From NCBI GenBank assembly GCA_000004695.1, contig CM000151.3:8416001-8480000 (forward strand): DNA of 64,000 nt, given 5' to 3'. Both the position numbers and the translations under genes were made by a program. Shown one piece after another: positions 58,713 to 64,000 of the stretch; the stretch's first letter is position 1; every line of letters starts with the position of its first letter. The notes under the pieces were generated by a model that was given only the letters and a program-made list of their open reading frames with translations, was not told where the DNA came from and made no database searches. Source of the DNA: Dictyostelium discoideum (lineage: Eukaryota).

Positions 58713-59526
58713 TTTTGTTAGAGACTCAAAACTAATTTAATTTTAAAGTTAGTATGAGCCCCAACAACTTTACAAATTTGCGCGTCTCCATGTAAAAATA
58801 TTTCATTTAATTTTAATTTTTATTTTTTAATTTTTTATTTTTTAAGTCGAAAAATAAAAAATTAAATTAAATTAAAATTTAAAAATAATAAAAATTCTGA
58901 TTTTCGGTTTAGTTTCATAACGACCTTACTTTAATATTATGTATGTTTATTTTAAGATACGAGTCTTTCTCTATTTCTATCCCTAACAATATAAATAATA
59001 ACGATTGATGAAGATTGATGAAGATTGATGAAGATTGATGAAGATTGATGAAGATTGATGTAGATTGATATAGGATTAGATAGATTGGAATAGTGCCAAT
59101 GACTTTTATTTTAACATAAGATGGAAATATTAAATAAATAATTAGATACAATCTTTATATAATTGCCTATACAATGACACCTCATGATGAAGAAGTCGAC
59201 TCTTCAGATTAGAGGAATAACAGTAGTATTTAAAACAAAATAAAAATGCATTACAATGGCCCTTCTGTTTGCAAGATTAACGCTGTACTGCTTAGGCGGT
59301 ACAACGACACTTCCTACTCACATTGTAAACATGCATCTTTTATAAAGTAATATAAAATAAGATTGTATCAATTAATTTAATAATATTCTAAATATAAACA
59401 ATGACACCTCAAACAGAGGAATAACTGTGTTGTTATATAAAAACAATGACACCTCAAACAGAGGAATAACTGTTATATAAAAGCAATGACACCTCAAACA
59501 GAGGAATAACGGTATTGTAATAATAT

Positions 59527-59748
59527 TAAGACACCACAATATATAATATTAGTGGAATAACAGTTAAACAAAGACACCACAATATAAATTATTAGTGGAA
59601 TAACAATTAAACAAAGACACCACAGTATAAATTATTAGTGGAATAACAGTTAAACAAAGACACCACAATATAAATTATTAGTGGAATAACAGTTAAACAA
59701 AGACACCACAGTATAAATTATTAGTGGAATAACAGTTATATAGATGTA
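59527..59748 (+). repeat. 43-bp tandem minisatellite (about 5 copies) inside repeat unit A, preceded by 3 copies of a related 33-bp repeat (59398..59512).
   Basis: caaagacaccaca[a/g]tataaattattagtggaataacagttaaa repeated head-to-tail. The related unit is caatgacacctcaaacagaggaataactgt. Unit B has a single copy at 62189..62231. Confidence 0.85.
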
Positions 59749-60008
59749 TTATTAATAAAAATAATTTAAGATAATATTTATTATCAATCAAATAAAGACA
59801 CCACAATAAAAATATATTAGTGGGATAACAGTTATAATATATTAATAATAATATCAATTATTTAATTTTAAAAATTAAAATAAATAAATTAAATAAATTA
59901 AATTAATTTAATTAAATAAATTAAATAAATTAAATTAAATATATTAAATTAAATTAAATAAATTAAATTATATAATTTAAAATTTAAAATAAATTGTTGG
60001 TGAAAGTA

Positions 60009-61195
60009 ATGACATCAACTACTACTCTTTCAAAGATAGCCATCCGTAAAGCCAAAGTGTCTTCCACCGCCAAATGTGCCGCTGAAGTGACCTCTGCCTC
60101 CGATGAAGCTATTTCTGTCCAAGCCAAACCAAAAAAGACCCTTCATCCCACTGAAGACGATGATTAACTTTATACTACCGAAAGCACGGACCTATCCGAG
60201 GCTGAAGTCAGAGAGAGAGCCTAAGAATTCAAAGACAACTCCATTGAAGCTAAAACCATTGATGCTTTTAAAAAATGATACCACTGCCTTCATCTTCATG
60301 AATCTCTTTACCATCTACTTCCCCCTGTCTCCTCCCCCCAACCCAACCTTGATGACCATTATGGACAATGTACTACATCAAATGAATTATTCCATTTGCT
60401 TCAACCTGACCAATATGAATCAGTGAAGAACAACGATAATTTGAAGGTGTAACTTTGAGGAAGCTTATCCACCGTAACTTTAGACCCAAGACTTTGGTTC
60501 CCGTCAAAACTGACTACGAAGCTGCTAAAATTAAAGTGGTCTAAGCCATTAGCCATTGTAACAACCACTCAGCCTAATATGTTAAAAAAAACATCGAAGC
60601 AAATATGAGTTACAACAATGTAATTAATCCGATGTATCTCATCCATGGTACTGCTGATGTTCAATTAGATTATCTAAGATCAATTTTAGATAATAATATC
60701 CTTGCTTTGTTAAAGATGGTTATACCAGACTGGTTACAAACTGATGTTGCAATCAAGCTCAACCCTCAAACCGATATCACCGAGTGTCGTGAAGCTATCA
60801 CCGAGTTGGTTCTTTTCAATACTGATAAGTTTTCTAGAAGAAGATCTTCCGATTCGGCATCGAATACTGATGAGAAGTTTCCAATGAAAAATAATCATGC
60901 TGTTCCAAATCATAACTCTCAAAGCAGGAATCACTTAGAGCTGAAATATAACCAAAGGTAAAAGATAATAAAATGGTAAATATCAACAAGATAAGAAACA
61001 GTTACATTGTTTATCGTCATAGCAAAGGCTATTGTCTCAATTGTAGTCGTTCAAATTACTCTACATCTTTATGTAATGCCGATACTGTCAAGGTCAAAGT
61101 CAATCCATCAAGTCCATAAGCCAAAAAGCAACAATGACTCGATGAAGGTGATGAGTACAAGTCTAAGATTTTAAATAAAAATTATAAAATTTCAC
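60009..61195 (+). pseudogene. Degenerate copy (copy A) of the repeat-encoded ORF, with multiple in-frame stops and frameshifts.
   Basis: It aligns to the unit B ORF (MTSTTTLSKIAIRKAKVSSTAKCAAEVTSASDEAISVQAKPKKTLHPTEDDD* versus MSSTTTPSKKAIRKAKVSSTAKRAAEVTTASDDAITVQVKSKKTLRPTEVDDE...). There is a TAA at 60164, further stops and frame changes so that three ORF-track pieces (60103.., 60605..) lie in different frames, and C->T-biased divergence at about 80% identity. The 3' part extends about 230 nt beyond the copy B ORF end. Confidence 0.7.
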
Positions 61196-61199
61196 AATA

Positions 61200-61510
61200 T
61201 CATCACCCCGAGAAAATGGATGGTAAAGAGATTCATGAAGATGAGAGCAGTGGCAGCATTTTTTTAAAGCATCAATGGTTTTAGCTTCAATGGAGTTGTC
61301 TTTGACTTCTTTGGCTCTTTCTACCTGACTTCGAGTTTGGATATGTCAGTTCTTACAGTTGTATAAATTTCTTCATCGTCTCCAATGGGATGAAGAGTCT
61401 TTTTTGATTTCACTTGAACTTGGGTAGCATCATCCGAGGCGAATGCACTTCAGCAGCACATTTGGTGGTGGAAGACACTTTGGCTTTACGAATGGCTTTT
61501 TTTGAAAGAG
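61200..61510 (-). repeat. Inverted partial copy (5' ~300 nt) of the repeat-encoded ORF, head-to-head with repeat unit B.
   Basis: The reverse complement of 61380..61510 reads ...aaaaaaagccattcgtaaagccaaagtgtcttccaccaccaaatgtgctgctgaagtgcattcgcctcggatgatgctacccaagttcaagtgaaatcaaaaaagactcttcatccc... It matches the N-terminal coding sequence of copies A and B. It is degenerate (stops) and breaks off after about 100 codons. Confidence 0.65.
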
Positions 61511-61519
61511 TAGTTGTTC

Positions 61520-63430
61520 TAGACTCAAAACTAAATTAATTTAAAGTTAGTATGAGCTCAACAACGTAACAAATTCGCGCATCTCCATGTAAAAATATTT
61601 CATTTAATTTTAATTTTTTATTTTTTCATTTGAAAAATAAAAAATTAAATTAAATAAAATAAAATTAAATTAAAATTTAAAAAAATAATAAAAATTCTGA
61701 TTTTCGGTTTAGTTTTCATAACGCCCTTACTTTTAATTATCTCTTTTATATATGTTTACTTTTATGATATTAGTCTTTCACTCTTTCTATCCTTCATATT
61801 AAAAAACATTACTTTAAAGATTGGACAGTTTGATTAAAGATTGAACAAATGTGACAATGGATTGAAGATTAGTGTGAGTGAATTTTACACTTTTTTTTCT
61901 AATTTTAACATAAAACAAATACATTAAAACAAATAATTAGATACAATCCTTATATTTCGTATACAATGGCACCTCATGATGAAGAAGTCGACTCTTCAGA
62001 TTAGAGGAATAACAGTAGTATTTAAACAAAATAAAAATGCATTACAATGGCCCTTCAGTTTGCAAGATTAACGCTGTACTGCTTAGGCGGTACAACGACA
62101 CTTCTTACTCACATTATAAACATGCATCTTTTATAAAGTAATATAAAATAAGATTGTATCAATTAATTTAATAATAATGCTCAAATACAAAGACACCACA
62201 ATATAAATTATTAGTGGAATAACAGTTAACATATATTAATACTTATATTAATTATTTAATTAAAAATTAAATTAAATTAAATTAAATAAATTAAATTAAA
62301 TTATAAAATTAAATTATAAAAATTAAATTATAAAATTAAATTATATTTAATAAATTTTATATATAATTGTTGGTGAAAGTCATGTCATCAACTACTACTC
62401 CTTCAAAGAAAGCCATCCGTAAAGCCAAAGTGTCTTCCACCGCCAAACGTGCCGCTGAAGTGACAACCGCCTCCGATGATGCTATTACTGTTCAAGTAAA
62501 ATCAAAAAAGACTCTTCGTCCCACTGAAGTCGATGATGAAATTTATTCAACTGAAAGCACTGATGTATCCGACGTCGAAGTCAGAGAGAAAGTGCCAAAG
62601 AAATCAAAGACCAATTCCATTGAAGCTAAAACCATTGACGCTTTAAAAAATGCTGCCACTGCTGTCATCTTCATGAATCTCTTTACCATCCACTGCTCCC
62701 AGAATGGTGTTGAACCAACCTTGAAGACCATTATGGACAATGGTGCTGCATCAAATGAATTATTTCAATTGCTTCAACCTACCCACAATGAATCAGTTAA
62801 GAACATTGAAGAAGGTGGAGCATTGAAGAAGCTAATACACCGTAACTTTATATCCAAGACTTTGGTTCCATTCAAAACTGACTACGAAGCTGCCAACACT
62901 AAAGTAGTAGAAGCTATTAACCATCGTAACTGCTACTCAGCCCAAGATGTTATAAAAAACATCGAAGCCATTATGAGTTACCACAATGTAATTAATCCGG
63001 TGTATCTAATCCATGGTACTGCTGAAGTTCAATTAGAGTATCTAAGATCAATTTTAGATAATAATATCATTGCTTTGTTAAAGATGGTCGTACCAGACTG
63101 GTTACAAACTGATTAATCAAACTCAACACTCAAACCGATATCACCGAGTGTCGTGAAGCCTTCACCGAGTTGGTTCTTAACAATGCTGATAAGTTCTCGA
63201 GAAGAAGACCTTCCGATTCCGCATCGAATACTGATGAGAAGTTTCCATTAAAAAAGAATCATGCTACTCCAAATCATAACTCTAATAACAGGAATTCCTT
63301 TGATGCACAAGCTGATAAGATTAGAGCTGCAATATTACCCGAAATAAGAAAAGACTCTAAGGTAGACCTCAAAAAGATAAGAAGCAGCACAGCGGCGAAA
63401 ATCAACACTTTAAAGCACCTTTAAATCCAA
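61520..63430 (+). repeat. Repeat unit B, the compact version of unit A: upstream module 61520..62381 plus the ORF.
   Basis: Collinear with unit A apart from the minisatellite copy numbers. See the unit A evidence. Confidence 0.75.
62382..63424 (+). CDS. Repeat-element-encoded ORF (copy B, best preserved). 245 codons to a TAA at 63117, then about 100 further codons in frame after the stop (63120..63424).
   Basis: ATG at 62382 (MSSTTTPSKKAIRKAKVSSTAKRAAEV...HGTAEVQLEYLRSILDNNIIALLKMVVPDWLQTD*). Relative to copy A (..LQTDVAIKLNPQTDITECREAITELV..), copy B has an indel converting GATGTTGCAATCAAGCTCAACCCTC to GATTAATCAAACTCAACACTC, which creates the TAA. Downstream ...KLNTQTDITECREAFTELVLNNADKFSRRRPSDSASNTDEKFPLKKNHATPNHNSNNRNSF... 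continues the homologous frame (ORF 63170..63424). Basic N-terminus. I recognise no enzymatic motifs. It may be a nucleic-acid-binding ORF1-like protein of a retroelement. Family not identified. Confidence 0.5.
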
Positions 63431-63543
63431 GTACTCTTTTTAATATATATTAATAAGTATACTTAATAAGTAATACTTAATAAGCACACTTAATAAGTAT
63501 TGTTGTAGGGAATTTTTTTTGAAATTTCGCTTTCTAAACGGCA

Positions 63544-63595
63544 GTGAATTTTTACACTAAAATACGCTGTTTATGCATGGTGTAAAAATTCACTA
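63544..63595. other. Perfect 15-bp inverted repeat (hairpin, 22-nt loop) at the 3' boundary of repeat unit B.
   Basis: agtgaatttttacac (63544-63558), then taaaatacgctgtttatgcatg, then gtgtaaaaattcact (63581-63595). Just upstream is a 12-bp tandem repeat (acttaataag[t/c]a x4, 63452..63508). Confidence 0.7.
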
Positions 63596-63836
63596 AATTT
63601 TTTTTTTTTATAATTAAATTAAAAAACAATTTATTTAATCAAAAAAATTAAAAACCAATTTTATTCAGTTATTTGCTTGTTTATTTATTTTTTTATAACA
63701 AAAAAATTTAGTTTGCGCCATTTTTTTTTTTTTTTTTTTTTTTCAAATTATTTTTTTCAATTTTTTTTTTTATCGATTGTTTTCATTTTTGGGGAATAAA
63801 ATAAAATTGTTCGATAAAAAAAAAATTGAAAAAAAT

Positions 63837-63883
<47 letters not shown>

Positions 63884-64000
63884 GGTTTATATTTTAATTA
63901 TGGTATTCATATAATTATTTTTAGTATTTATATTATTTATAATTATAAACTCGAGTTAATAGAATTATTATTATTATTATTATTATTTAAATGCGGGTCA

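Larger units (their letters stand above)
58713..61195 (+). repeat. Repeat unit A of a ~2.8-kb tandemly duplicated element: an upstream non-coding module with nested minisatellites, followed by a degenerate ORF.
   Basis: It begins gagactcaaaactaatttaattttaaagttagtatgagcc (unit B begins agactcaaaactaaattaatttaaagttagtatgagctc at 61520). The two units share the 170-bp module, the block caatgacacctcatgatgaagaagtcgactcttcagattagaggaataacagtagtatt, and a GC-rich 90-nt block flanked by atgcattacaatg/cattgtaaacatgcat, followed by the ORF. Unit A is expanded by (gattgatgaa)6 at 58993..59062, 3 x 33-bp repeats at 59398..59512 and 5 x 43-bp repeats at 59527..59748. Unit B has one copy of each. Confidence 0.75.

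Noticed and set aside
59240-59340. GC-richer 90-nt segment considered as a possible tRNA gene (a target for TRE-type elements).
   Set aside because: There is no T-loop GTTCGAATC/GGTTCGA box, no D-loop and no acceptor-stem complementarity, so it does not fold as a tRNA. I kept it as a conserved structured block instead.
59390-59760. Regularly spaced 33- and 43-bp direct repeats that superficially resemble a CRISPR array.
   Set aside because: This is a eukaryotic AT-rich genome and the repeat units are contiguous head-to-tail with no unique spacers. The same block occurs as a single copy in unit B. It is a minisatellite inside a repeat element, not CRISPR.

Overview
This window is AT-rich (about 75-80% A+T), gene-dense eukaryotic nuclear DNA. 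It looks like Dictyostelium discoideum: very AT-rich intergenic and intron sequence, abundant (AAT)n/(CAA)n coding microsatellites that give poly-Asn/poly-Gln tracts, short 70-220 bp introns with GTAAGT/GTATGT donors, and an rpl4 gene whose ATG is followed directly by an intron. There are no rRNA genes, tRNA genes or CRISPR arrays.

I can support about 30 protein-coding genes, most with one to three small introns that I mapped by reading frames and splice consensus. They are:
- guanine deaminase
- a Cof-type HAD phosphatase
- a homolog of the SREBP regulator SPRING (C12orf49)
- Sec24
- a mitochondrial-type Obg GTPase
- ribosomal protein L4
- a large family-A DNA polymerase of the Pol theta/nu (mus308) type with a giant Asn-rich N-terminus
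- a tandem array of three secreted Cys-rich paralogs
- a SAC3/GANP (LENG8-like) protein
- acetyl-CoA synthetase
- the SNM1/DCLRE1 cross-link repair nuclease
- the Skp1 prolyl-4-hydroxylase phyA, convergent with the ALG10 glucosyltransferase
- an MFS sugar transporter
- mitochondrial FtsZ
- a PIN4/Par14 parvulin
- a PH-PH-LIM protein
- RidA/YjgF
- an archaeal-type (apgM-family) cofactor-independent phosphoglycerate mutase
- several low-complexity hypothetical proteins.

The last ~6 kb (57.8-64 kb) is a complex repeat cluster and is the most unusual part of the window. It holds two direct copies of a ~2.8 kb unit, each made of an upstream module with nested minisatellites followed by an ORF (one near-intact copy, one heavily degenerate). 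It also holds an inverted partial copy, a ~570 bp element bounded by ~80 bp imperfect terminal inverted repeats, and three copies of a ~170 bp module. This looks like an unclassified mobile or repeat family.

A 160 bp fragment of the DNA polymerase gene is duplicated 24 kb away in an intergenic spacer. All coordinates are from manual frame and splice reading, so splice junctions are +/- a few nt unless stated.
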